A DNA stretch of 64,000 bases from Owenia fusiformis (Eukaryota): the NCBI GenBank assembly GCA_903813345.2, contig CAIIXF020000001.1, positions 6,386,001 through 6,450,000 of the forward strand. Reading direction: 5' to 3'. A model generated the notes under the pieces. It made no database searches. It worked only from the letters and a program-made list of their open reading frames with translations, and was not told the origin of the DNA. Shown here piece after piece: positions 12,030-25,300 of the stretch (positions are counted from its first letter, which is position 1; each line of letters begins with the position of its first letter). Made by a program: the position numbers and the translations under genes.

Positions 12030-13378
12030 CAAATCTTGATATTTCAGTTTACACAACAACTAATGTTTCACTTTGCAAAAGCTCCAATGTTTCAGTTTAC
12101 AAAATTCCTCATGTTTCACTTTGCAAAAGGTCCAATGTTTCAGTTTACTAAAGCCTTAATGTTTCAGTTTACAAAAGCCCTAATGTTTCAGTTTACAAAA
12201 GCCCTAATGTTTCAGTTTACAAAAGCCTTAATGTTTTAGTTTACAAAAGCCCTAATGTTTCAGTTTACAAAAGCCCTAATGGTTGAGTTTGCAAAAGCAC
12301 CAATTTTTATTCAGTTTGCAAAAGCCCTAATATTCCAGTTTGCAAAACCCCTAATGTCTCAGTTTACAAAAGCCCTAATGGTTGAGTTTGCAAAAGCACC
12401 AATTTTTATTCAGTTTGCAAAAGCCCTAATATTCCAGTTTGCAAAAGCCCTAATATTCCAGTTTACAAAAGCCCTAATGGTTGAGTTTGCAAAAGCACCA
12501 ATTTTTATTCAGTTTGCAAAAGCCCTAATATTCCAGTTTGCAAAACCCCTAATGTTTCAGTTTACAAAAGCCCTAATGGTTGAGTTTGCAAAAGCACCAA
12601 TTTTATTCAGTTTGCAAAAGCCCTAATATTCCAGTTTGCAAAACCCCTAATGTTTCAGTTTGGAAAAGCTCCAACATTTCAGTTTGCAAAAGCTTTAATG
12701 TTTCAGTTTACAAAAGCCCTAATGTTTCAGTTTACAAAAGCCCTAATGCTTCAGTTTACAAAAGCCTTAATGTTTCAGTTTACAAAAGCCCTTATGTTTC
12801 AGTTTACAAAAGCCTTAATGTTTCAGTTTACAAAAGCCCTAATGCTTCAGTTTACAAAAGCCCTAATGCTTCAGTTTACAAAAGCCTTAATGTTTCAGTT
12901 TACAAAAGCCCTAATGCTTCAGTTTACAAAAGCCCTAATGTTTCAGTTTACAAAATTCTTAATGTTTCAGTTTACAAAACCCCTAATGTTTCAGTTTACA
13001 AACGCCCTTATGCTTCAGTTTACAAAAGCCCTAATGTTTCAGTTTACAAAAGTCTTAATGTTTCAGTTTACAAAAGCCCTAATGCTTCAGTTTACAAAAG
13101 CCCTAATGCTTCAGTTTACAAAAGCCTTAATGTTTCAGTTTACAAAAGCCCTATTGCTTCAGTTTACAAAAGCCCTAATGCTTCAGTTTACAAAAGCCCT
13201 AATGTTTCAGTTTACAAAATTCCTAATGTTTCAGTTTGGAAAAGCTTTAATGTTTCAGTTTGCAAAAGCCCTGATGTTTCAGTTTACACAAGCCCTAATG
13301 TTTCAGTTTACAAAAGCCCTAATGTTTCAGTTTGCAAAAGCCCTAATGCTTCAGTTTGCAAAAGCCCTAATGTTGCAA
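12030..13378. repeat. 24-bp minisatellite (~55 units) with a higher-order block near 12250-12660
   Basis: Consensus ccctaatgtttcagtttacaaaag; explains the MFQFTKAL / NVSVYKSP pseudo-ORFs. Confidence 0.95.
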
Positions 13379-13717
13379 CTTGATTGATTATTCCCCATCT
13401 CAACTAATACAGTTTCATACTACAGTTCATATTGAAGACAGGCTAGTGATAGTCTGAATATTGGAGAAATGCATAAATGATGCACAATTGCAGTCTCACT
13501 AATTGAATGAAGTAGCAACTCAAGGGATTAACCTCTCATACTGTAAACCTTGGTTATTTCATAACATCTCATATTAACTCTGGCATTAGAAAAAAGTTAT
13601 TCTATAAACAATTAAGTCACCCAGAAATAAGTCAATATTTGATTTTAAGGTAACTTGTGTATTTTGAATATAATGGGATCTTTAGATGGGTTTAGATATG
13701 ATGTAAATGTTACTTAA

Positions 13718-14082
13718 AGGAACATTAAACTGTAGCAATGACTAAACATTGCAGTTTGATTAGTTTTTGGGACAAGACCAAATGAACGCATTGCTGATAA
13801 TTTCAAATTCTACTTTAGATATTTGATTTTAAATGATTTTTAATAATATTGAATGATTACATGTTCTATGTTTCCTTGACTCAAAATTTTACTTCCAGTT
13901 TATCGGAATAAAAAATGAGATTATCTTTCAATCATCTGTTAAACACGACTTAAAGGTTCAACAGTCAACTTTAAATGGAGCTAATGCATATTTTGAAAAA
14001 GAATCATCAGAGAAGGTTTAAATCAATGACATGCAATCATCTCTTAAGCCAGAAAAATATTTTTTAACCATTCAATGTTCCT
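13718..14082. mobile_element. Kolobok-like MITE (TTAA TSD)
   Basis: ttaa|aggaacatt ... aatgttcct|ttaa. Confidence 0.6.
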
Positions 14083-14836
14083 TTAATTCTGAACATATCA
14101 TTGTGAAATTCTACTGGTATCTAAATAATTGATTCTTGAAATAAGCCTGCTCTGCTGGCTGCAGGCAACAGATAAAACATAGGAATCATTCTATCAGAAG
14201 GAACTAATATATTATCATGGGAACGACCTTGAGTGGTTTTCCAGGGCCTCAAATTCCTTGATCTCAATGCAAACCATATATGATTCAAAGCCTGTCCATC
14301 TAGCTAACCCATATTTTTATGTTTATGGTCATTTAGGGTGAGGTTCTAGAACGACTAACTGTAAAAATGTTGAAACATCATTTCAACGTAACTATACGTA
14401 CACCATGGTGAGGTTTGGGTGTACTTATTTGAGCCGTGTTTTTTGCAAGTGGGCTTGTTATTTTAGCATTGGAGTGCCTTTGTACATACAAGTTCAATTA
14501 TCAGCTGATTTTAGAAAGGGTATTCAGTCTACGTTTTATCAGATATGAACAGTTTACAAATATCTATTGATCCGAAGTGAGAGTTCCAATATAGTACATC
14601 GATTCAACCAAACTGCTACTATTACAAGGCATTGCTGCATATTAGTGGAAGAATTTCATGTTCTAGGCACCACATTGCTTTTTAACAACGGGTGAGTTCA
14701 GTTAGATATGAAGTTTTATGTAGATTGTTGTTGCTTGCTTGTTTCTCTTGTTTATGATTTCTGCAGTATAGTATAACAAAAATGTATAAAGCAAATTGTT
14801 TTAAAAGAAGAATTGATGAATATGATTTGCTATCTT

Positions 14837-15355
14837 CACCGGTGATCCGCTCGATTACGCTGGTTACCGAAATGATTCGTTTCTGTAACAAAATGTCGGA
14901 ACGTCGAAGGTACAATTTTTCCCATTTCAAGCGTTGTAGGCAGAATCCCCACAACGTTTTTTCTCACAAACGTGTATCAGTATCATATTTTTTAGAAAAT
15001 GTACATGTTTGCGAAAAAATAGCTCAGAAGACAACAGAACCGTCGATTTAATTCCTCACTTAAGTTACAGAAATGGTGTGGGTTAAAAGTGCAGATCTTA
15101 ACGGTTTTTCGAAATACCGTTTCAGTAACTTAAGTGAGGAATTAAATTGATGATTCTGTTGTTTTCTGAACTATTTGTTTGCAAATGTGTACATTTTCTT
15201 AAACATATCTTACTGATACACTTTTGCTTTAAAAATGTCGTGAGAATTCTGCCTACAAGGTGTGAAATAAGGAGAAAAGAAAAATCGTAGCTTCGATGTT
15301 CCAACATTTTTTTACCGAAACGGTTGAACCAGAGTAATCGAGTGGATCACCAGTG
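14837..15355. mobile_element. Fold-back MITE with CAC..GTG termini and 5-bp TSD (Transib-like)
   Basis: atctt|caccggtgatccgctcgattac ... gtaatcgagtggatcaccagtg|atctt; ~240-bp imperfect inverted arms around a ~40-bp centre. Confidence 0.75.
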
Positions 15356-16799
15356 ATCTTCATGCATGTCAAAACTTTAATAATGATAGCTATGACTTGT
15401 TATACTTAGAGTAATGAGTACAAATTAAAAGGTACAAATTAATTGAAATGCTAGATTTGAATGCATATTTTATTTTGATTATAACAATTGTCCTACTAGA
15501 CTACATAAAGAGCTTTTATGACAAATATTATTGAAGGTGAAGCTAAGAATCAGATGCAGTAGATTTTAGGTTACAATATAATAAACTTAAATATAATCCA
15601 AATCCCAGGTTACTCCCTATATATCTTTTATTGACTCAATGACTATGTCATTTTAGGTAGTAAGCTAGGACACAAAAATGTTTTTACCAGTGAACAAATT
15701 GAAACTACTTGTTTCTTATGTATTTTTATGTGATACTTCAGAAATTTGTTGTCTGACGCGCCGTATCCGGGGCGAAAATTGCCAAAGTGGGGTTTTTGAC
15801 CCTAAAATAGAAAATAACAGGGGGTACTTTATTATCCTTGAATAACTTTTTCAGTTGATACTTAATCATCACAATAACATTACTGGAAGTTGTTAATATC
15901 ATTCTTAATTAGTATGCAAAGTTTCAATGATCTGTCATTAATGGTTGTCATGGAAACCATGATCTTTGTTGAAAAAGTCCATAATTTGGGTAAAACCTGT
16001 ACCTGTACATCATAAAGAATGTGCATTATTTTTCAAATCAACAGATATCAGAACATGTTAGTACTCTAAAAGTTATCAGGACAGTTCAGACATTTGTTTA
16101 AATATAATGCATATTGTTATTCACATGATTGGTAAGTGTCAAATACCATACAATTACATAGGTGATCAAAAGTGGGCGTCGCCCTTATAATAGTAGATGA
16201 TTACCATTCCCTTTAAATACAGATTTTAAGTTGACTTGAGATACAATTATAATGTACTTCTATTACCATAATCTATATCAAGCCATTCTGGTAGATACAT
16301 ATAAGTGTTGTAGGTATTACATCAAGCTAGGGATGGGGGGGGGGGGGGGTCAGGGGGGTTGGGTACAGTGGGGGGGGGTAGAGGTACCCAGCCTTATATA
16401 AAACTCATTTATAAAGTTTTAGTTTCATGTGGTAGATCTTTTGGATCTTGTTCTGATTTATCTCAATATATAGGATATTGCAATTTACATTATTGGAAAG
16501 TGTCAAAGACCATACAATTACAATACGAATGTGATCAAAGATGGGCTTTGCCCTCATAATGATAATAGACGACTACCATTTTCTATAAATATGGAGTTTA
16601 AGTCATGAGATACAATTATACTGGATTTCTATAACCTTAATTCATATTAACCATTTCTAGAAAACACATTTAAGTATTGATGTTATTCCATCAGGCTGGG
16701 GGAGGGGGGGGGCATTGTGGGGAGGGGGGGGGGCAAATCTAGTCAGCCTTAGTTATAAATCTCATCAACATAATTTTGGATCTTATAGGGTCAATCTCC

Positions 16800-18150
16800 T
16801 GGGTCATCTTCTGATTCTTCCCCTGGTGTCAAGATATCAACAATCTCTTGTGGTAGAATATCTGTTGTTACCCATTGAACTTCCAGGTTTTTTAGAATCA
16901 TTAAGTTTCCACCCATGCCCATCTGGTGCTGAAATATTAGCTTTTTCAAAATGGGCCATATGCCAGATAAGTGCCTGTAAGTTGGCCCTTGCTAAGTGAA
17001 GCATGGGGAGTCTTGACAAGGGGAGGTAGAGTAATATCTGTTCCTTCATAGTCAGTTATTGTTTTAGTATGGGGCCTAAACTTCTCTTTAAATAACACAT
17101 ATCTGACTTTGTTGATGTGGGATATTTGAGGTTTCCTATACTAGTATACAGTGTGTTTCATATGTATGCACCCCCTCTAAACATACATGTAGCATTGCCA
17201 CCGTATCATATTATATATCATTTTGTGCCTTATGGAAAGTTACATAGGATTCCAAAGTTTCAGAATCCAGGGGTGTCACTGACAAAAGTTATAATCTATC
17301 AAAGATTGTGGGTACCGGTCATTTAGACGGCAATTTCTGGTGATTTTGAGGACAATTTAAAGGACAAATTTAGTTTCCGTTTTGCACATTTCTTGCTATT
17401 GTCACCATGGCAGAGCTCAGTCCACATGTCTGTGGCAGTTATGCACAAAGATATATAGACAAGATTCATGCAGTGGCTTATAGGGAGGTCAGGAACCATG
17501 GGACCACCTTTATCACTAAAATTTGGTAGCAGACACAGTGAACAGATCACCGGACTGGCATAAAAATCCTTACAAAACTGCTTATAAATGACCCCCTACC
17601 CACATATTTTGTTGGATTGTATCTTTTTTCAGGGACACCTCTTTATTCTGAAACTTTCCAGTCACATGTAACTTTTCATAAGGAACAAAATGATATATAA
17701 CATGATAGGGTGGCAAAGCTACATGTATGAGTTAAATGTATGAGGTGCATACATATGAGACACCATTTATATGGTAAACCAACTTTTTCTACTTTACTGG
17801 TTGTTTCGTCATTTATGTCTGCTGAGAGTCCTAGTTCTTTGAATGTGTCTGTATGGTTCTCCCTTTTTGCCATTGTTTTGAAAGGTGTTACTTTGCCCCT
17901 CCGAACCATGGCACTTACAGTGCTACACCCAGTGAAAGCGTGAAGTGCTGGGAGGGCTTCACATATTTTGGTATGAAAGGATGAGAAGAGGCTTGGCAGC
18001 AACTTAACCAAAGAGAGAAATATAAGAGTCCCAAAAGATTGGAATGAGTTCTTGAAGAATGTTGCAAACAAGAAACAACTATGCCAGTTAATGTTAAATT
18101 ATTGGAAAAGACCACAATATGCTAAGAAAATGCAAGGCCAAGAAATGTAC
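16800..18150 (-). pseudogene. Frameshifted fragments of an Academ-type XPG-like nuclease region
   Basis: Minus strand: CEALPALHAFTGCSTVSAMVRRGK...KVEK (17970-17780), YRKPQISHINKVRYVLFKEKF...LPP, frameshift, CQDSPMLHLARANLQALIW...PDGHGW (17140-16890). Plus strand: YERMRRG, frameshift, PKDWNEFLKNVANKKQLCQLMLNYW (17972-18150). Confidence 0.75.
17149..17767. mobile_element. Tc1/mariner-like MITE inserted in the Academ coding remnant
   Basis: ta|cagtgtgtttcatatgtatgcacc ... ggtgcatacatatgagacacc; ~200-bp inverted arms; removing it brings the KVEK and YRKP transposase fragments together. Confidence 0.7.
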
Positions 18151-18385
18151 TGACTATGAGACACAAAATTATGTTGATGAGATTTATACCTAGGGCTAAC
18201 TACGTAGCATAGCCCACCCCCCCCCCCACCCATTCTATCCCCCCACTTCAAGACTTATATGTGTTTTCCAGAAATGCTAATATGAATTATGGTAATATAA
18301 CAGAAATACAGTATAATTGTATCTTATAAGTTATACTCCATATTTAGAATTTAGAATAGAAAGACATCATTTCTCATGATGAGGA

Positions 18386-20654
18386 ATGACAGGGAAATTG
18401 ATTTAATTTCCAGGTGCTGGAAATGTCAGGGAATGTTAAAATTGGGTCAAAAAGAGACAAAAATGTCCGGGAATTTTGAAACAGTAGATATGTCAGGGTA
18501 TTTTGTATCAATGTTGAAAATATAATGTTCCAGCAAAATGCATTTTAGGCTATGACAGGATATCAATGAAATTCAAATTCTAACATTCAGTTGTTTCCAC
18601 TAATTGGAAATATTTTCATTAGGGTTGATTGGATGACAATCTATCTGGTATTGTCTATTTGTAAGAACATTGTGAACATTATACTGAAACCGAACAATAA
18701 AGAATATACATGTACAGTATGTATAGATGGTTCAATACAATTAGGCTTTACCTTGTAGTAAGTTAGTCTTAGGCCATTCATAGTTAATTATTGGTATATG
18801 TTTCATGTTTTGTTGAGGGTTTAATCTGAGGAGGGTGGGTGGTGAAAAACAATAACGAATCTGTGTAAAACTGTATTTATATGAGAAGCTGTCTTACGTC
18901 AGTCTATTCACCTGCCCATCTGTCAAGGCAATAACTCAAATATCAGACTTTATATACTGATGCTTTGATTATATGGGGCCTCTGCTCAAAAAGACACTCA
19001 CCATTTTTGGTTCAGATTTATTTTGCAGATGGGCACATGACTCTGTTCAAGAAAAAAGCTTGTTGCTAATCAAAAAGTTAATGTTTTCAGATGAGGTAAT
19101 ATTCCTGATAACACAAATACCGATTATTTTATTTGGTATCATAGGACTATTCCGTATAGTGTCGCTACTAGAGAAGGAATTTCTAATATGGTGTCATGTC
19201 TTGGTGTGGATTTTCCCAAAGGGGTGAAGACAATAGTAATGCCAGGTTATTGTTATCATATAATGTTAACAATGATCAGTAGTTGACAAATTATACAGGG
19301 TGGTCCAAAAAAAATTGGAACATTTGTTAATTTAACGCAAAACCTTTATTTTTCTTCTAAAATGCACCAAACTTTCACTGATCATAGTTCAGTCACTTAT
19401 TTATCTGATGTAAAGTTTATAGGTGAAAACCACAAAGTTGATGTATTAAACCAGTCAATGTTGGATAGGACCCCCTTTTCTTAAATATACAATTGTCAAT
19501 TTCGCCGCTACTTTTTCAAGTATTCTTTATTTCAAAGCTTTAATGAAAATGTTGATTGCAACAAACATATTATAAAATCATATTCAGTTGACAAAAGGTA
19601 TTTACATCTGGGGTTTACCAGAAAAATATTGTGTTAATACCAAATTAAACAATACCAAAAATGATCATTTTCATTTAAGAGTAGGGAAGAAGGAACATGT
19701 CAGAGGTGAGCAATTGCATAACCCTCACAGCTACTCAAGTGACAAAAGCATTGTTCCCACTTCAGTAAAGGCAAAACTGACCAGTTATTCACAAAGCTTT
19801 ATTAAAAACCTACGCTAAGCACATATAATTATCATCTGTGTTATTGGAGACTCCTGTATGATACTGACATACATATTGGTATATCTAATTAATATTATTC
19901 ATATCAGAACAATAAAGGGGAGGGCCGGCTTCATTTACCAGTCAAATCAGACTGCCCTGACCTCTTTCTGGAAAATATTCAATCATTAATATATCCAACA
20001 ATATCCATCAGAATATGCTTGATACCTATCAATTTGGGTAAAAAATGTTGAATATTTTGCTAGATTTGATCTTCAAAGGCAAACAAATAGGAAGGTTGAT
20101 CAAACTGAATTTTTTAGTCAAGATTGCTTGGACAAAACAAACGAACAGCAACCTAATTGAATATTTACAAATCTGAGCCCCAGCTTCAACTTGTAATTCA
20201 GGAAAAGAGGGGTCATATCAAACATTGACAAGTTTAATGCATTAACTTTGTTGTATGCAACTATAAACTTTACATCAGATAGAAAAGTGACTGAACTCTT
20301 CTCAGTAAAGTTTTGGTGCATTTTAGAGAAAAAATAAAGATTTTGTGTTCAATTAACAAATGTTCCAATTTTTTTTGGACCACCTGTAGTTTGAAATGCT
20401 TAGAATGCACCATTTACAATGCAAATTTTTCAAAATTTTGGGAGGTGAACCACAGTATTCCCTTTTGGGTTTCGCTTCACAGTGATGCAAACCCAAAGAA
20501 TTTCACCCCCTTGACATTTACTGGGTACTGGGTAAAATGTTTCATTATAAGTCTTGTACAGTTGTTTGAGACTTTTTAGTAGGCTGCGCAAGAATTTCCT
20601 TTTTAGCCTGGAAATGTCAGGAAATTTTATTTTAAAAAAGGTGTATGAACCCTG
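18386..20654. mobile_element. Insertion splitting the right Academ TIR; right end gtgtatgaaccctg, left end truncated or unclear
   Basis: TIR homology stops near 18385 and resumes near 20655; recurring ggaaatgtcagg(g)aa motif near both ends (18419-18500, ~20610). Confidence 0.5.
19296..20386. mobile_element. Tc1/mariner-like non-autonomous element (TA TSD, ~130-bp TIRs)
   Basis: ta|cagggtggtccaaaaaaaattggaacatttgttaat ... attaacaaatgttccaatttttttggaccacctg|ta. Confidence 0.8.
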
Positions 20655-22332
20655 TTATTATGAAGGCAAAGCCCACTTTTAAACACTTTGTTTGTTGTAT
20701 TGTATGGTCTTATACACTTTCCAATAATGTAAATTGCAATATCCTATATATTGAGATAAATCAGAACAAGATCCAAAAGATGTACTTCATGAAATTAAAC
20801 TTTGTATATGAGTTTTATATAAGGCTGGGTACCTCTACCAACCCCCCCCCCCCCCCCATGTACCCACCATCCCTAGCATGATGTAATACCTACAACACTT
20901 ATATGTATCTACCAGAATTGCTTGATATAGATTATGGCAATAGAAGTACATTATAATTGTATCTCAAGTCAACTTAAAATCTGTATTTAAAGGGAATGGT
21001 AATCATCTACTATTATAAGGGCGACGCCCACTTTTGATCACCTATGTAATTGTATGGTCTTTGACACTTACCAATCATATGAATAACAATATCCATTATA
21101 TTTAAACAAATGTCTGAACTGTCCTGATAATTTTTAGAGTCCTAACATGTTCTGATATCTGTTGATTTGAAAAATAATGCCCATTCTTTATGATGTACAG
21201 GTACAGGTTTTACCCAAATTATGGACTTTTTCAACAAAGATCATGGTTTCCATGACAACCATTAATGACAGATCATTGAAACTTTGCATACTAATTAAGA
21301 ATGATATTAACAACTTCCCGTAAAGTTATTGTGATGATTGAGGATCAACTGAAAAAGTTATTCAAGGATAATAAAGTACCCCCTGTTATTTTCTATATTA
21401 GGGTCAAAAACCCCACTTTGGCAACTTTCGCCCCGGATACGGCGCGTCAGACAACAAATTTCTGAAGTATCACATAACAATACATAAGAAACAAGTAATT
21501 TCAATTTGTTCACTGGTAAAAACATTTTTGTGTCCTAGCTTACTACCTATTTACTTGGCATATCAGTCACTACAGTGTACAACAACCTAAACCATTCATT
21601 TCAAGGTCATACAAATATGATTTATTGAGCATATTTTCTTCAGGTAATTTCATTAAAAGGCAGCCAATATTTAATCAGCTTAATGTCGAAACGAATTTTT
21701 AAAGGATAAAGTATACTAGAAGAAAATTTAATCTAAACTTTTACTTCAAAAAGAATTACAATTTCTAAAATACAATTTCATCAACTATCTGTCATTTACT
21801 CTCAACTAACCATTTGTGTATTTACTGATTACTGTGATTTTAGCTGCATATAATTTAGTGCATACATCACAAATTTTAGTTGCACTTTGAAGATTCATTG
21901 TAGATGACAGATTTCAGACGGTTTCAAAATTTTCAGTTTTGTTCTAGAGAAATTCTTGTTAATTATTAGACATTCACACATAGCTAGACAAGGTGTATCC
22001 GATACCAGCCAATCCGCACACAGTATTTCATATAACTGCACTGCATTATATAACCAATAACTCACCCAAGGTCATTCGTTGAATTGTTGTCAAGGTGACA
22101 ACTTGACTCTACAGATTGAAATTGATCCTTTGTCAACTTAATCCTTGCAAAAAGTTTCACTGAAAATATGTTCAGGGCTTAAATCCTTGAACAATCTAAA
22201 TTTTAGTATATTTCTAAAATAATCATTGATATTGTATTTTAGACCCACCTTACCCTTTTATAGTCTGTGAGAGCTATATTTCTTACATAATATGTTTTCC
22301 AGATTATCTCAAGTGACATACAAGAAGGCATA

Positions 22333-25300
22333 ATGGATGAACATATAGAGAACTCTGAAAGTCTGGTGCGGCCAGACTTAGCTGGATACTGTCCAGCTTC
22401 AAATCTTTCTTTCAATGAGCATATAACCCAACTAAAAAAGCAAGGCAAAGAGGTGTATCATTTTGCCTTTGGCCAATCACCTTTTCCTATCATGGATCAT
22501 GCTCAGGAGGCTTTACGGGAACATGCTGGGGAAAATGCATATTTGCCAGTGGCTGGTGAGTACTATATGTACATGACATTGAAATTATATTTTATTGATA
22601 TGTTGCAAAAAGGTTATGCTTGTACATTTGCAGTTACTCTACTCCTTACTTTATATAAAAATATAATTTTAAAATCGCTTAAATCACATGCATTTTTGAG
22701 TTGAGAAAACTGTTTTGGGTTGCACATGAGTAGTTAGGTATAGAGGGTAACCATCCATTCACACACATTTCTGACAATTACTAAAACTGACCAAGTGCCT
22801 TTTGCATTGTCATATTTTAAAGGTATATGTGTAATATAAGTTTTAATTTCTTAGTTGCTTGAAGATCAATTTCATTCTGGTAAAAAGCACACAATAGACA
22901 TCAATTATGATTGCTTTCCAATGTTATGCTAAAAGTGGTTAGCCATATTAGATCAAATGAAATCATTTGGTTTGGCCAATGGTCAATATAGACAATTTCA
23001 ATACATCTAGAATTCTAATAAAACCAAGTATCAATCTACTTGTGGAAATGAATAATTCATTCAATACTAATTTATTGCTAATGAGAAACAGTTGGTAACA
23101 CTCGCTGGAATTACACCAGAAAAAATGAAAAAAGTGCTTTACAAAATCACCATCCTGATTACACCAACATTTCTAAAGGGCCTTAGGAATTTTATTTTGG
23201 AATTACACCTGTCATTTCTAAAACACCTTTCGTGCACTTTTAACGATGTAGATATGGAGAAAATACAGCAGATGTGTACATCTACAATAAATGTATTCTT
23301 TTTGCCATTAACATACCACAGTGTTTAAGACTTACCTCTGTATTCGTGCAAAGACAATCCTTAAACTTTTGCCAGTGATGTGAACTTACTTTCAATGTTT
23401 GAGATATAATTTGATGACCTATTGCATGTTTTGGGTCCCATGCATCATTTCCTGTATTTTTGGGGTGGGCCAAATGTGTAGCATTCGAAATACGGCTTAT
23501 TTCGTTTAGGGAAAATGGTAGAAACCTGGGTAAGGCATTTTACAAAAACCAATCGGTATAACACTACACTCCTAAAGCGCCTAACGATTTAAGGAGTTCT
23601 TTAGTGACAAGGGTGTTAGGAGTTATGGAAAAGTGCTTTTGTAAAACCACAATCGTGATTACACCTATTTTTCAAAATGGGTTAAAACCTTAGGTGCCTA
23701 CTTAAAACGCATAGTGTAATTCCAGCAACTGGGTGTGAACTAGAAGATATCTGTTAAGTACATAATATTTATTAAATCAATAAGATCATACCAAACCACT
23801 TGTTAATACCCCTTTAGTCTCATTTGTTGTGATGGAGTTCTTGACTTTAATTATGCTATTTGTCTCCATGTTAAAAATTCTGAACAATTTAGGAAGTTAT
23901 AGCATGGACTTGTAAATAGGTTATCCATATCCATAGTAATAATCAAATTTTAGGAGAATTAGCAAGGTGCTCCATCTATTAGTGATTATTTAATTGCGAG
24001 GGGAACTTTACTGATTTAAACTCATGTGCTAGGGTGACATAGCATGACATTGTGAATGTGTATTCATTGATTGTTTTGCGTCATTTCAGCTATTTTCCCC
24101 TTCATAGGGGAACAAAGTACAATCTCTTTTATCTCCATTGTTTGTTGTATTTCAAATTTCTCAAGTTAGGCCTGTATATAAGGTGACAAACTATTGCATA
24201 ATCAAACATAGTTCAATGTCGCATCAAGGTTATTAACTAATTACAAAGATAATGTTAATATTTTAAATTTCTTTGCAGGCTTAAAAGATTTACAAAAAGC
24301 TGTATGTCGGTTCCACTCTAGGTATGATTGGATGAATGAGTTACTTGATAACCAGGTGATCATCGGACCTGGAACTAAAGAGCTAATCTTCCTTCTTATG
24401 AATGTCTTCAATGGAGGTACACTCTCCTAATGTTTTGCCAATTAAATCTCATAGAATGAAATTTTGTCATTTTTTGTTCTCAGAGACATGGTTACATATT
24501 GTTTCTGCTATTGTTCTTGTGACTTATTCAGCAGTTGGCAACAGATTCAAGAGTCTTTTTGTAACATTAATTCCTTGTTACGAACATAGCTTTATTTTCT
24601 TTGCAAAATTGCAATGAAGAGTGGATATCAAGGTATCACTTGTATAGGTATTAATGATTTTTGAAGAAATATTCTCAGGCTAATATAACTGGAAAATTGA
24701 GAATTATTTCATGCCCATTGAAGGACCTTATCTATAACATCAAACATTTTGTAATTCTATAAGATAAAGTGATTCCTTGTTTTGTATAGTATAACATACG
24801 TATTTGTTTAATTACATTTGAATTGCAAAAATCTTATTTCCATTTGCAGTTGTACTTGTTGTGTCTCCCTCATGGACCACATATAAACCCCAGGTAACCC
24901 TATCCCATCATAAACCATACACCATACAGACCACACTAGAGGGCGAGTGGCGCATAACTCCAGAAGCTATAGAACAGGTAGGATCTGAAAACATCAAAGC
25001 TGGCCCAAAAGAAAGCAAATAGTTATTATGTTGATATATCTTGTGCATGCTCCTTATTAGTGTGTGGACCCAGTAAGTTAAAATGATTAAATGAAAAGCA
25101 TATGTCAGATCAGCCTACTTTAGTTATCCCATTGTTATATGGGGATATTTGGAAGTCATCTGTTCATTTGATTGTTTATCCATTTGTTCAAAGGTACACA
25201 CTTTATGAGTCCCAATTTTAGCTGTTATATAATAAATTAGAAGTAAAAATGTTTGTAAACTTTTGGTAGCTTTTGACCTACTCTAGGGAGTGACATATCT

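Larger units (their letters stand above)
15654..21549. mobile_element. Degenerate AcademX-like DNA transposon with ~1.1-kb TIRs and 3-bp TSD, carrying nested insertions
   Basis: ttt|TAGGTAGTAAGCTAGGACACAAAAATG...CATTTTTGTGTCCTAGCTTACTACCTA|ttt. Left TIR 15654-~16790; right TIR split into ~18160-18385 and ~20655-21549. Internal XPG-like remnants (next feature). Confidence 0.85.

Noticed and set aside
12036-13387. Several 67-267-aa ORFs
   Set aside because: Translations of a 24-bp satellite; indels break the frames; no splice or domain support.
17323-17550. Cys-containing ORF as the Academ C-terminal zinc finger
   Set aside because: Lies inside the nested MITE and out of domain order; the Cys pattern is incomplete.
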